DNA of 63,792 nucleotides from Felis catus (lineage: Eukaryota), in contig NC_058377.1 of the NCBI RefSeq assembly GCF_018350175.1, positions 59,830,001-59,893,792 of the forward strand, written 5' to 3'. This document shows positions 35,701 to 46,775 of this stretch, piece after piece. The first letter of the stretch is position 1; every line of letters starts with the position of its first letter. The position numbers and the translations under genes are program-made. A model generated the notes under the pieces. That model saw only the letters and a list, made by a program, of their open reading frames with translations, was not told where the DNA came from and ran no database searches.

Positions 35701-37622
35701 TGTTCCCACCACTTCCTGGCTCCAGGAGTTCCTGTGTAGACACCTCCTTTACCTTAATGGACTTTTGACTCCAAATTCTGGAATTATCACCCTATTCCCC
35801 CTGCCACTTCCTGTTCCTGTCCAGGCTGCCTGATGCATATTTGCAGACCATGTGTCAAGACTCCTCCACCCTAGGATGAGACTCTGCCTCTTTGCCTGGG
35901 CTTGAACCCCATTCTCTGGGCATGTGCCAGTCCTGAATGGGCATAAGCAGTGTGTCCTGCTGGACCACCCCCCCACACTAGCCAGCTGGGATCACCCCAG
36001 TCCTCCAGTGCACCCCCATGGGAGTCCCACCCTTCTCCCAGCTGCCCCCACCTCACTTATTCTTTGATGATCCAATCAGATGTCCTTTTCCCACCTATCC
36101 CACATCCTTAGGAAATGGCCTCCCTAAGTCTTTACTGATTATTTAATAAGAAAAATGCTTTACATAACTCTGTAGCTGTAAAGGACCTATCATTCTCTCT
36201 CATGCTTCTGCCTGCCCATCTTGGTCAATCCTGTCTTTTCCCTGAAAATATTTAAAAAATGTTTTGCTTTTGTTATATTATAAAAGTACATGTGCTAACT
36301 CTAAAATATCTAGAGAGAAGATAAAACTAGATAAAAACAATTATTTCCTAAGCATGTAGAGAGCCCTTACTCTATGTCCCAGTGAAGTACTAACCTGGGA
36401 AGTAGACATCATTACCATTTCTGTCTTAAATTTGGAGACACTCAGGCCTGAAGAAATTGAGTAGCTTGCCTGAGGCACAAAGTTGCTAAATGACGGAGCT
36501 GGGATTTGAACCTAAGTCATCCCAGTCTAGCGCTTCGCCTACTACACCTCTGTTCTCTCTCCACTGTCTGCTCCATCCATATGCCCTGCTTGCCCTTCTG
36601 ATACCGTCCTGAGGCCTATAACTGGACCCCAAACCAATCATTCTAATTGGCATGATGATATCCATCTCATAAGCATGAGCAGGTACCTGTGGGTGCCTCC
36701 CCCCAGCCCCTAGTCTCCCCTTGTGCAGAATTTGAAGGGCAGAGTTAGCCTGGACTAACTCAAGAAAACCAAGATGGGGTTGGTGGCAGGGGAGAGAACT
36801 CAACTGTGCCCGGCTCAACATTTTTGTCTTTGCCCTGCCCCACCCACCCCCTGCACCCCTACCGACCCCTCGCCCCCCTACCCTGGTTCTCTTACCCTTG
36901 GCCATTCCTCAGCGTCTGCCTCCTGTCTTCCAGGACTGCATCAGGGTCTAACTATGTGGCCTTCAGGGGCAGCAAAGTCTGCACAGACTTGGCCTCCAAC
37001 GTTTATCATCTGGGGGAGGGCACAAGAATTAGAGAATGGCTTGGGGTGGGGGTCTCTCTCACCCTCTGGTGTTCCTATCGCAGGCCAATCCTGGGGCAGG
37101 GGCAGGGCCTGGGGAGGGAGAACGTGGATCCTACCGCCTCCGAGTTATCAAGGCCCTGGTACAGCGCTACATAGAGACAGCCCGGCGGGAGTTTGAGGAG
37201 ACCCGTCGGAAAGGTTAGTGGCTTGCCCCCAAACCTTCCCCATTGCCAGTCCTTGCTCATATAAATACCACACACCCAGACACACCCTGCAGTGTGGCCT
37301 TTCTACTCAATGACTCTCTGAGCCATTCAGACATTTATTCCATTCATTTCATTTAATCCTTCATGTGTTTGTTGATTCATTCACTCTCTTACCCATTCAC
37401 TCACTCACTTAACTCATTATTCACTCATTCACTTATTCACTCACTCAACCACCATTCCCCACTACATTCCGTTTGTTCCAGCCTCATCTTGGAGGGAGGG
37501 GGTACTATGTCAAGCAGAGACACAGGGGAAACTTTCAGTCTGGTGAGAAAGAGAAACCATCTTTGTAGGCAGATAGTGCTTAGCTAGGAGAGACCCAAAT
37601 TGCCATGGGAGCCCAAGGGAGA

Positions 37623-37671
<49 letters not shown>

Positions 37672-38720
37672 CACCTATTATTTTGACAGGCTATTGGGAA
37701 GGTAGAAGAATAGAGGACCAGAAATGGGAGAAAGCAGAGGTGTAATTGAAACTGGGCCCTGATGGGGCGCCTGGGTGGCGCAGTCGGTTAAGCGTCCGAC
37801 TTCAGCCAGGTCACGATCTCGCGGTCCGTGAGTTCGAGCCCTGCGTCAGGCTCTGGGCTGATGGCTCAGAGCCTGGAGCCTGTTTCCGATTCTGTGTCTC
37901 CCTCTCTCTCTCTCTGCCCGTCCCCCGTTCATGCTCTGTCTCTCTCTGTCCCAAAAATAAATAAACGTCGAAAAAAAAAAGAAACTGGGCCCTGAGGATG
38001 GTTAGATGGGAACAGGGCTGACAAGGGCAGAGGCACAAATCTCTACCCATTAAAACTTTCCCATTCCTGTGATTCCTGACCCCTTCTCTGGGGAGAGGAT
38101 CCCTTTCCTTCTTTGTATCTTCTAAACTCATGGCCACCTCAGCCCCACTCAGATTCATCTGCCCCAGACTCTGCCTGCTCCTGATCCCCAGCCCACGAGC
38201 CAGTCTCTCACTTTCTCCAGTTTTCCTCCCTCAGGACCCACAGGCATATGTCCCCTGAGATTCTGTTGAGGGTAGAAGTGGTTCAGGGCAGGCTCATCTT
38301 CTGAGATGATCCCCATCAATACCTTCCCCCACACCCCCAGACCTGGGCAACAGACTGACAGAGCTGACCAAGACTGTGTCTCGACTGCAAAGTGAGGTGG
38401 CTGGTGTGCGGCGGACTCTGGAAGAGGGAGGGACACCCCGACCACCCGGAGGTGCCAGCGTCCTCAGTCGCTACATCACCCGAGTGCGCAACAGCTTCCA
38501 GAATCTGGGCCCCCCCATCCCTGAAACCCCAGAGCTGACAGTGCCAGGGCTTGTGGGGACCCAGGTATCTTCGGAAACTGGGCTTCAGGATGCTGGAGGG
38601 GCTAGGACTCCAGCTTCTGGCGAGTCTGGCCCTTCCTCCCCAGCTCACGTGTTAGTGCACAGGGAGCAAGAATCAGAGGCGGCTGGGGACCTGCCCCAGG
38701 AGGAAGATTTGGGAATCTAA
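18036..38720 (+). CDS. TRPC2: Short transient receptor potential channel 2 (vomeronasal TRPC2), intact, ~884 aa, 13 coding exons
   Basis: Exons 18036-18050, 19948-20667, 22524-22736, 23684-23848, 24868-25042, 27805-28005, 28090-28252, 29265-29357, 33530-33722, 34263-34390, 34513-34591, 37084-37213, 38341-38720; 2655 nt, phase-consistent, no stops; ankyrin region, six TM segments, pore LFW motif, TRP box EWKFAR. Confidence 0.95.
18706..18925 (+). mobile_element. Young SINEC_Fc in TRPC2 intron 1, adjacent to an MLT1-type LTR (~18925-19140)
   Basis: Perfect TSD AAGAAAATGTTGGTA; CpG-rich; pure A-tail. Confidence 0.92.
19948..20667 (+). CDS. TRPC2: TRPC2 exon 2 (ankyrin repeats; PQPNWTEIV...KEPEFK)
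   Basis: CCAG| acceptor (alternative at 19954), AAG|GTTGGT donor; ORF 20038..20850. Confidence 0.95.
20975..21192 (-). mobile_element. Can-SINE
   Basis: Reverse head CACCCAGGTGCCCC, (GA)n. Confidence 0.88.
22524..22736 (+). CDS. TRPC2: TRPC2 exon 3 (PEYIALESL...NYNQKR)
   Basis: GCAG| ... CGG|GTCAGC. Confidence 0.93.
23684..23848 (+). CDS. TRPC2: TRPC2 exon 4 ([11 protein letters not shown]...APKSR)
   Basis: TTAG| ... CGG|GTACTA. Confidence 0.93.
24868..25042 (+). CDS. TRPC2: TRPC2 exon 5 ([12 protein letters not shown]...VWVT)
   Basis: GCAAG| acceptor, CAG|GTACGT donor. Confidence 0.92.
25634..26080 (-). mobile_element. Two tandem Can-SINEs
   Basis: Reverse heads ending ~25888 and ~26080. 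Confidence 0.88.
27805..28005 (+). CDS. TRPC2: TRPC2 exon 6 ([10 protein letters not shown]...YFTTA)
   Basis: TCAG| ... CTG|GTGAGT. Confidence 0.93.
28090..28252 (+). CDS. TRPC2: TRPC2 exon 7 ([11 protein letters not shown]...DDMIR)
   Basis: ACAG| ... CCG|GTGAGT. Confidence 0.93.
29265..29357 (+). CDS. TRPC2: TRPC2 exon 8 (FMFILMIIL...ERLG)
   Basis: CCAG| ... CAA|GTATGC. Confidence 0.93.
29555..31480. mobile_element. Old L1 fragment peppered with Can-SINEs (~29820-30075, 30100-30195, 30375-30612, 31060-31323)
   Basis: SINE heads and tails visible; intervening AT-rich L1-like sequence. Confidence 0.7.
33530..33722 (+). CDS. TRPC2: TRPC2 exon 9 (pore [15 protein letters not shown]6)
   Basis: CCAG| ... 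GAG|GTGTGT. Confidence 0.94.
34263..34390 (+). CDS. TRPC2: TRPC2 exon 10 (TRP box [11 protein letters not shown])
   Basis: TCAG| ... CAG|GTAATG. Confidence 0.94.
34513..34591 (+). CDS. TRPC2: TRPC2 exon 11 ([14 protein letters not shown]...PTF)
   Basis: TCAG| ... TTT|GTGAGT. Confidence 0.9.
37084..37213 (+). CDS. TRPC2: TRPC2 exon 12 (ANPGAG...[14 protein letters not shown]...TRRK)
   Basis: GCAG| ... AAG|GTTAGT. Confidence 0.92.
37628..37668. repeat. (GA)n microsatellite
   Basis: ~20 GA units. Confidence 0.9.
37764..37980 (+). mobile_element. Young SINEC_Fc
   Basis: TSD GAAACTGGGCCCTGA; near-identical to the copy at 18706. Confidence 0.92.
38341..38720 (+). CDS. TRPC2: TRPC2 last exon (LGNRLTEL...EEDLGI*)
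   Basis: CCAG| acceptor; TAA at 38718-38720; AATAAA downstream. Confidence 0.92.
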
Positions 38721-38831
38721 GGGGGGTCCTGATGCAGTGGGAGGGTCCCTTCTTCTGTTACTAGGTAGAGAAGCCTAGATAAGCGAGGGTAGGGGTCACT
38801 TAGTAGAAGCCTGTGCTGCTTTACTTGCCTC

Positions 38832-38837
38832 AATAAA
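38832..38837 (+). terminator. TRPC2 polyadenylation signal
   Basis: AATAAA ~110 nt after the stop, followed by T/GT-rich sequence. Confidence 0.75.
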
Positions 38838-39476
38838 GTTTCTGTTCTGGATGTCAGATGCCTCCAGAGAGTGTAAGGATCTCTGTCTCTTCACGTTTTG
38901 AGATCCCTTTCCCTTGTCCCTGAAATGGACTCTTGTGGGAGCAGGACAGACAGAAATGTCTTGCTATGGGGTCCCAGGTATCTTGGGTTTAGGCTCCTAC
39001 TTGAGTTCCTTCACATCATTAGTGGAAAGGATTCTGGACTGGGAGGCAGGGAGCCTGGTTTTAATACTAACTCTTTGATCTTGAGCAAGTTGCTTCTTTC
39101 CTTAGCTTTGCATTCCTCATCTGACAAATGGNNNNNNNNNNNNNNNNNNNNNNNNNNNNNNNNNNNNNNNNNNNNNNNNNNNNNNNNNNNNNNNNNNNNN
39201 NNNNNNNNNNNNNNNNNNNNNNNNNNNNNNNNNNNNNNNNNNNNNNNNNNNNNNNNNNNNNNNNNNNNNNNNNGAATCTCTGACTCTTAAAGTTTCTGGT
39301 TTGCAAGTTGTGGTATGTGACAGGGGTCTGCATAGGAGACCATGTCTAGGAGGGATCAAGAAGTCATCCTTTTAGTCCCTCAGTTTCTGAGTCTGGCAAG
39401 GCTAGAGCAGAGTAGATGGTCTGGTCTCATAGAATAAATCAATCATGAAATTTGATGTCACCACACTGCAATACTG

Positions 39477-39482
39477 TTTAAT
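39477..39482 (-). terminator. Probable ART5 polyadenylation signal (ATTAAA)
   Basis: TTTAAT on + strand ~280 nt downstream of the ART5 stop. Confidence 0.5.
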
Positions 39483-39761
39483 TGAGTGATCGTCATAGTA
39501 CTACCCGTGCTTGTCCCAGGGAGTCCCTACCACCACACAGCAGGGCTCCCTCCACCCTGCCGTGGCCTCAGATCCCCCCACATCCTGGTTGGGAGGGGAG
39601 ATGGCTGGATAGAGAGATGGCTGGGTGGGTCCCCATCCCTGGGGAAGTGGCTGCTAGGGCTGTGTCCGAAACCACTTTCTCCCTTCGAGGCTGTTCGAAG
39701 CTCCCTTCTTCATATGAAGGTCACCAGTTCCCAGAACTCCTAAGTGGCAGATATTGAACTT

Positions 39762-42320
39762 TCAGGGCCCAACTCCTGAGATCTGGAAGCCCCTAGGTGC
39801 CAAGAACAGGGTCTTCCAGGAGAGTAGAGAGAAGTCCCCCTGGGAGGTGGAGTCTGGCTGTCCTCCTGCTGAAGAGAGAAGAAAAGAAGGTGAAGGGTCA
39901 GTAGGGCCAGGGGGAGTTGAAGCAGCTGAGGGAGGGGGCAAAGAGTACTCACTTTGTACAGATACACAGCCCCGCCTCTTCTCCCCTGCAACAGATAGCA
40001 CCATGAGAGGCCTCCATGTAGATACAGACCCTCACACCTCAAGCTTCCCTTCCTACCAGGTCCTCGCGTGGGCCATTCCCCCTTCTCAATCCAGCTTTCC
40101 CTTCTCCAAAATGCTGACTTCTGACTTTCTTTCCTCTTTCTTCCCCTGGAAAATCTTTCCAGCTTGCTTATCCGTCCCTGCTCCCACCCTGGCCCCAGCC
40201 AGTCCTCCATGCTGTCCTTGCCTCAGTACTTAGGAACAGCATCATATATGTGTCCTGTCAAACCCATTAAGCCCAGGGCCTCTTGAGATCTGAAGAAGCA
40301 CCCGTCGCTTTCCTCTGCTTATCAATCTCCTTAACCAGATTCTATTGGTCAATCAGACTATACAGCAGATAGAACCTTTTGAGAATATTTACAGAATCAC
40401 CTGAGAATGTTCATAGATCCAGAAAACACTTATAAGACCTTTTAAGAGCTGGCAGAACCCAAGTCACAGAGAATAGTAATTACAGCTGACTTCTGGCCCT
40501 CAGCTTTCCCATTAACCAAGTGGGTCTCCTGAAAGGGCATCCTGGTTTGTTTCACCCATCCCACCAGTCCTGCTTCCCTCGTGCATGGCTTACCACCCAG
40601 ATAGGCACAGTTAAAGTGGCTGCAGGTCTGATTATAGCTCCAGAGAGTCACCAGGCTCTGGGCTCCTTCCTGGGAGAACCTGGTGACCAAGAAGACTTCA
40701 TGTGGGGGGATCAGCACCTCGCGCTCCTCAGGAAAGACAGATAAGGCCTGGATAGGGGCCCCAAAGCAAGTCCTTAGAGAGAAGAAGGTGGCATTACCAA
40801 ATCTGCGGGCCACTGCCTCATCCAGGGAGCTGGAAGCAAACTGGCCCAAGCGGACAGAGTCCCCCAGCCTCTTGGGTTCAAAGTGAAGGGTGCCCACGCC
40901 TCGGAACACCACCTTCCCAGGTCCCCTGCTGCAGCCCCCACTGCCCTGCAGCAGCTGCAGGGCCCGGGTCAAGTAGAAATGCAGGGCCTTGAAGGGGAAG
41001 TACTTCATGTAGAATTCCCGGGAGCCACCGCCTGTTCGCACAGCCTGGTTCAGCTCCCAGTATAAAGTGTTAGATGAGTTGGTATAGACCATGACGGCGA
41101 TTCCGTGCTGGGCTTTGAAGCCAGGGGGCAGGGTGAGCCCTCGACGCCTGTGCTCCCAGGCCTCCCGTGCTGCCTCCCAGGACTCCCGCAGCAGGGCGTG
41201 GCCAGCCATCTCCTCCTTCAGCAGAGGGGCTGCCTTTTCTTCCATCTCCTCTGCGCAGCCCACATAAGCATCATCAAAGGTGTCTGGAGCCAGGCCCAGG
41301 GGCAGGATGGGAACAGCCCGGGCCTATGGATGTAGGAAAGAGAGGAGCCACATAGGAAAGGATAGAAGTTCAGAGCACTGGACAGGGGCCCTGGTGGCAG
41401 ATCAATTCAGAAACACAGTATCTCATTTCTATGACCAGATATATAGTATATGCAATTTGGCAAGAGCTCAAGGGCTTAAATAGCACAGCCACTGCAGTCG
41501 ACAGACATGGGTTCAAATGCAGACTTCCCCATTTACTAGCTGTGGGATCTTGTGTATGTCTCTTTAACTTTTATGGGCTCTCCACGTATAAACTAAGGAT
41601 ACTTTCTACCTCACAGGGATATTGTGAGGACAGCATATAGATCTTCATTCTGTACAACATGATGGGGTCATTTTGTCATTAGAGAAGTTCTTGTACCTGG
41701 TAGGAAGTGGGGCTAGATGACTTCCAAGCACTGTTCTGGCTCTAAGATCAGTATTCAGGTGATATACAAATATACAGCCAATGTCCAGTGACCTGACCCT
41801 GCCTCCATCCTTAGATTCTCTTCCCCCCTCATGCCACAACACCAAGACACTGTCAGCTCTGAGACTCCTGAGTCTTCTCCTGCTTTAGAAGCCCATTTTT
41901 CCAAACATGGGGTGGGGTGTGTGGAGGAGGCCAAGCCCTGGTCTAGGAGGAGCTGCAGGAGGGCAGCGCACAGGTAGCCCAAGCCGCTTTGCCTGGGCTG
42001 TGCCTGTGGTGGCAGACAGGAAGTGGGGAGGAATGATATGAAGGAAGGAGGATCCTAGGAGGACCAGTGGGTGGAGGTGAGGATTCTGGGAGAGAGAATG
42101 GGAACTTGGGGCTGCCTGCAGGGATGGAGGTTCCTGAGAAGAAGATTAAGAGGACTGGGATCCTAGAGAAGAGTCCCTGCGAGAGATTTTTGAAGAGTCA
42201 GCCCCCCAGTCCACCTCTTTTTGGTCTGCCCCTGAACTGTTTGTTCCCCTTGTGGTGGGAGAAGCTTCCCCCAGTTACCTGCCAGAGGGCATGGAGAGCC
42301 ATCAGCAGAGCCACCAGCAT
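39762..42320 (-). CDS. ART5: Ecto-ADP-ribosyltransferase 5, 4 coding exons, 303 aa
   Basis: Exons 42320-42279 (MLVALLMALHALWQ), 41323-40594 (ARAVPILPLGLAPDTFDDAYVGC...NCAYLG), 39985-39953 (GEKRRGCVSVQ), 39868-39762 (...QISGVGP*); R-S-E motifs VFRG / ASSS / PEEREVLIP. Confidence 0.93.
40594..41323 (-). CDS. ART5: ART5 catalytic exon
   Basis: ORF 40442..41263; TAG| acceptor at 41324, GTG|GTAAGC donor. Confidence 0.95.
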
Positions 42321-42329
42321 CGTTTTGGG

Positions 42330-43170
42330 GGGAGACTCAGGAAAGCGAGGTCCAGATGTCGAGGGCACCATTGGCGATGGGCTGGGGGACAAAGACCTGG
42401 GTCCGTTCCTCGGGTGTGAAGTGCCCCCGTTCAGGATACAGTCCCGGAGGGCGTGGGCGGGGCTAAGGGCGGGCCTAAGGGAGTGAGCGGGGCTTTAGAT
42501 TTACTTGTCCTCCGCAAAACCCCAGGGCTCCGCTCCCCAAGTTCCCAGTCGCCCCCAAGCTCAGCGTCTTCTGCTCGGGGACCTTCTTGCGATGGTAAAG
42601 GTGGAGCCGTTATTTGGCTTCGCCCGGACAAGGCAGGGGGAGGGAGGCCGGGAAACCCACCTGGAAGTTGCAGGGGCGAGAGCGGGAAGGGGCGCTGATA
42701 GCTCGGGCAGGAGGCAGGGGGCTCAAGTCCGGGCGGGCGCTGCGCTGTCCCGGGAGTCCAGCAGATCAACAAAGTCCCGTGGCTAACTATAGCCCCCGCG
42801 GCGGTAACCTGACACCTCTCTTCTCCAACAACGGACACGGGGTGGGGGCAGCGGGTGTGGCGCAGGAAGGGGCCGAGGGGCGTACCTCCCTACCCCTAGG
42901 ACTGCGAGGTCTTTCTCCAGAATCCACTTTGGCTCCGAGCGAGGCCAGGGATGAGGGAGGGACTTGTGAGACTTGTGAGACTTGCCTCTTCCTCAGGTGG
43001 GCCCTGACCTGGCTGGGCCCCACCTCCCAGACCACTAAGCCGGGGAGGCCCACGAGGGTCCCGCCCACCAGAAAGTCTCCGCTGGTGCATTTGCTGATTT
43101 GCATGATATTTGCATATGGCCCAAACGTTGGAGCGTTTGTGGTCGGACCTCTGAGCGGCACTCATCGTTC
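42330..43170. promoter_or_regulatory. CpG island / ART5 promoter
   Basis: High CpG and GC content, GC boxes (GGGCGG) ~42455-42473, immediately upstream of ART5 exon 1. Confidence 0.7.
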
Positions 43171-43828
43171 CCCTTCCCTTTAGTGGGGTGGGACCAGATG
43201 CAGAGCTATCTCACAGCCTCAGGGGCCAGTACCACTTCTCCCCAGACCCTCCCTCTCTGGACCTCTTAGACTCAGGTGACCCCATGTTTATAAACACTAG
43301 CCTTTCCCCTCCCCTGCTGCGGGCCTGTCTATAAATAACCTGGCTCTGAGTTTTGGATGCCAAATCCTAGGTAATGGGAGAAGTGGCCAGCTGAGGAAAT
43401 CAGTAAGCAGCTCTGGGGACAGCTTTCTGGCAGCCTGAGCCGCTGGGGGTGGGAGGGTTACTCTCACAGTGGCCATGGGAATTGGTGGGGGGGGGGGGGT
43501 CTCAAATGTCAGGATTTAAAGAGATGTTTCCTGCTGCTTGCGGGGGCGAAAGTGGGCCTACAAGGTTAGACTTAACCACAGGGCCTCCATCCTGGTCTGG
43601 CTCACTCACTTAGCCCCATCCCTGCTGCCCCATCCCCTCAGGCTGCCTGCCAAATAAAGAATTTCCTTCATCAAGAATCCTGCTTTCTCCCAAATACCTT
43701 CCTATAGCCCCAAATAGACAAACTGTGTATACAGGCTTGGAGAGATGTGGGGAGGTAGATGGAAGGAGTGGCATCCCAAAAAACTAGAACACTTGTCAGG
43801 CAAACACAGCTGCCAGACAACTACTCTT

Positions 43829-44043
43829 GGGGCACCTGCGTGGCTCAGTCAGTTAAGCATCTGACTCTTTTTCAGCTCAGGTCATGATCTCACCATTCAC
43901 CAGTTCAAGCCCTGTGTTGGGCTCTGCGCTGACAGCATGGAGCCTGCTTGGGATTCTCTCTCTCCCTTTCTCTCTGCCCATCCCCCACCGCTGCTTGTGC
44001 ACATTGTCTCTCTCAAAATAAATAAACTTAAAAAAAAAAAAAA
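43829..44043 (+). mobile_element. Can-SINE
   Basis: TSD AGACAA(C/G)TACTCTTG. Confidence 0.88.
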
Positions 44044-44707
44044 AGACAAGTACTCTTGTCCCCTTCCAATGAGACTGACTATCCCAAAGGTCAACTAGAT
44101 TAGAAAATCAGGAGTTTCTCTATTGTCTACCATGACTATGAAAAACAGCATCTTGCCTGTGTATCCTGGCTGCCTCTGTCCCTGGAGGACCCTCAGCATT
44201 TGCTGTTGGAACAGAAGATACTGTCTGGGATGGGTAGGCTTGCTGAAACAAGTCCTTGGTATCAGATCTAGTGGATCAGAGTTTTGTCCTCTCTGATGCA
44301 AGTGCTTCCCCCATCCCCAAATATGGAAATCCAAGAAAGGCCCCAAGAGATGGAATCAAATCTAGTCACTAAGCAGAGGCCCTGAGGCAGAAGCAGAAAG
44401 TCCTTTAAGATCACCTAGCAAATCAGTGCTGGCCAGACCCAGCCACCTTAATCTGGGAATCTCTCCTGGCATGTTAGGTGAGTCTCCATGCTCACATAAA
44501 AGGAATAAAATGCAAATGTAAAAGATACCGAGGACAGGGGTGCTGTGCACAGGACCAAACCCAATGGGGAGACAGTCATTCCAGCCTGGATCCTCGATGC
44601 CTCAGCCCACCTTCTCTCTGGCTTCAGGGGTTCCCTTTCACATGGGAGGAGCACAGGCCCAGGGCAGACTGGGCAGAGGCCAGTGTTCCCAAGCCTTGAG
44701 GAGACAT

Positions 44708-44856
44708 CCAGAAATAGATGGGGGAGTGTCACATTTCTGAGCAGCTGTGTGGGGACAGGGGGTGAGGGACTGACAGTATAAAGGAGAAACCTGCCTTCCC
44801 TCTCCCCTGGTGGCCATCGCAGAAGACCAACACCAGCTTCCCTGGAGAAGGCCTAG
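44708..44856 (+). promoter_or_regulatory. ART1 muscle-type promoter and non-coding exon 1
   Basis: A/T-rich MEF2-like CCAGAAATAG 44708-44717, E-box CAGCTG 44742-44747, TATAAA 44777-44782, donor TAG|GTAAGG at 44856/44857. Confidence 0.65.
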
Positions 44857-44969
44857 GTAAGGGGCACACCGCCCTCCTCCTGGGCACAGGGCAGGGAAAG
44901 ACTCTTTTAAAGGGGAAATTTGGGGTATTGATGGTGGAGTTTCAGGAGTTAGGAACAGTTTCAGGGAAA

Positions 44970-45312
44970 CTTTTAGTCTGTTCAGGTTGCTATAAAATAT
45001 CCCAGACTGCATAACTTATAAACAAACATTTCTCATAGTTATGGAGGCTGAAAGTCTGAGGGCGCCAGCATGGTCAGGTGAAGACTCTCTTTCTGGCTCA
45101 TAACTGGCACCCTCTTAGTATGTCTTCATATGGTAAAAGGGGCTAGGGAGCTCTGTGGGGTCTCTTTGATAAAGAACATTAATCCCATTCATGAGGGCTC
45201 CGCCCTCATGAACTTATTACATCCTAAAAGATCCACCTTCTAAAGCCATCACAGCAGGTATTAGGATTTCAACATATGAATTTGGGGGTAACACAGATAT
45301 TCAGACCGTAGC
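44970..45312. mobile_element. MaLR LTR (MLT1A/MST-like) in ART1 intron 1
   Basis: TTAGTCTGTTCAGGTTGCTATAA ... ATGAATTTGGGGG...ATTCAGACCGTAGC. Confidence 0.75.
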
Positions 45313-46542
45313 CCCTTTTATGGAGAGGTTTAGGACACCTAGGGAGGCTTGGGGCATTGAGAAACTTAGGGGTTCCTGGGAAGGGACTTAAGAGTCACAT
45401 CCCCAAAAGGAAATGTTCAGTGAGGATCTGGATAAGGAGAAATGACAAGTACCCTGAACAGGATGAGAGGAAAAACAGAAGGGCAGGTGGGATATAAGGG
45501 GTTGCCCAGTGCCTCCACTTCCTTGTCTCCCATGACCTCCCCATCATTCTGGCCCCACCCCATTCCCCCAAACACTGCTCACCAAAGTCATCAAACTACC
45601 TGTTCTGCAGTGGTCTACACTGTTAGCTGCACCCAGAAAGCCTCTCAGACTCTCAGCAAACATTCCAGGTGGCCTCATCTGTGGCTGCCTTGGGCTAAGC
45701 TCTGGGGACACAGAACAGGTCATAGCTGGTCCCTGCCTTCAAGAAACTCACAGGCCAGGAGGGGAAACAGACACATAAGGGCAACACAGTACAATTAGGA
45801 CAGTGACAGAGGGAAGCACAGGGTGATTTAAGAGCACAGAGTCATCAGAAGACTCCCTGGTGAAGGGGACCCCTGAGTTAAGCCTTGAAAGGTGGGTAGC
45901 AGGAGAAGGGCATCCCCAGCAGATGGCAATGTGTGCAGAGCCACGGGGAGGGAAGAAGTGGAGCCTCACCTGGAACTTTGTTCTGTTGAACAAAGTGCTT
46001 GAAGCCAAGCACAAGACTGAAGAGGTCACGGAGGGCTAGGTCACAGAGCACCTCAAATGCCAGCATGAGGAGGATTCTGTCCTGAGGGTAAGGAAGGAAG
46101 TTGTGTTTTGTTGCTTTTTTTTCTTTCTAGATGTGTTCTCATGTATTCCCTCATAATTTTCATCTCTGCATTTTTACTCTGTATTTTGAAATATTTCTTC
46201 CAGTTAGGTTTGGCACACAAGGTTTTAAGCAGGTAAGCAACCTGACCAGCTGTGCTTTAGAAACATTGTTCTCCCTGCTCTGTGGAGGGTGGATTAGGAG
46301 GGGTGACAGCTGAGGCAGGGAGATCAGGGAGGAGGCAGGGGCAGACCTCAGCCATGGCAAGGGATGTGGGGTGGGAAAAGAAAAGGAGTTTCTAGGATGG
46401 ATCCATATGGTGATTAGATGGCAACTAATTTAGTGTTTGATGAATGACGTGACCATTTTGGGTGACTGGGTGAATAACAGATGGTATATTATGTGAGACT
46501 CTTTCAATGGCAAGCTAGATAAAACCTAAAGAGGAAATTATT

Positions 46543-46696
46543 GGGGTGCCTGGGTGGCTCAGTCAGTTGAGCGTCCGACTTTGGCTCAGGTTATGATTTC
46601 ATGGCTCATGAGTTCAAGCCCCGCATCCGTCTCTGTGCTGACGGCTCGAAACCTGGAGCCTGCTTCTGATTCTGTGTCTCCCTCTCTCTCTGCCTG

Positions 46697-46734
<38 letters not shown>

Positions 46735-46775
46735 AAAAATAAATAAACATTAATAAAAATTAAAAAAAATTTAAA
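46543..46775 (+). mobile_element. Can-SINE
   Basis: TSD AAAGAGGAAATTAT. Confidence 0.88.

Noticed and set aside
42431-43183. Several long overlapping ORFs
   Set aside because: Expected in a GC-rich CpG island; low-complexity G/P/R content.
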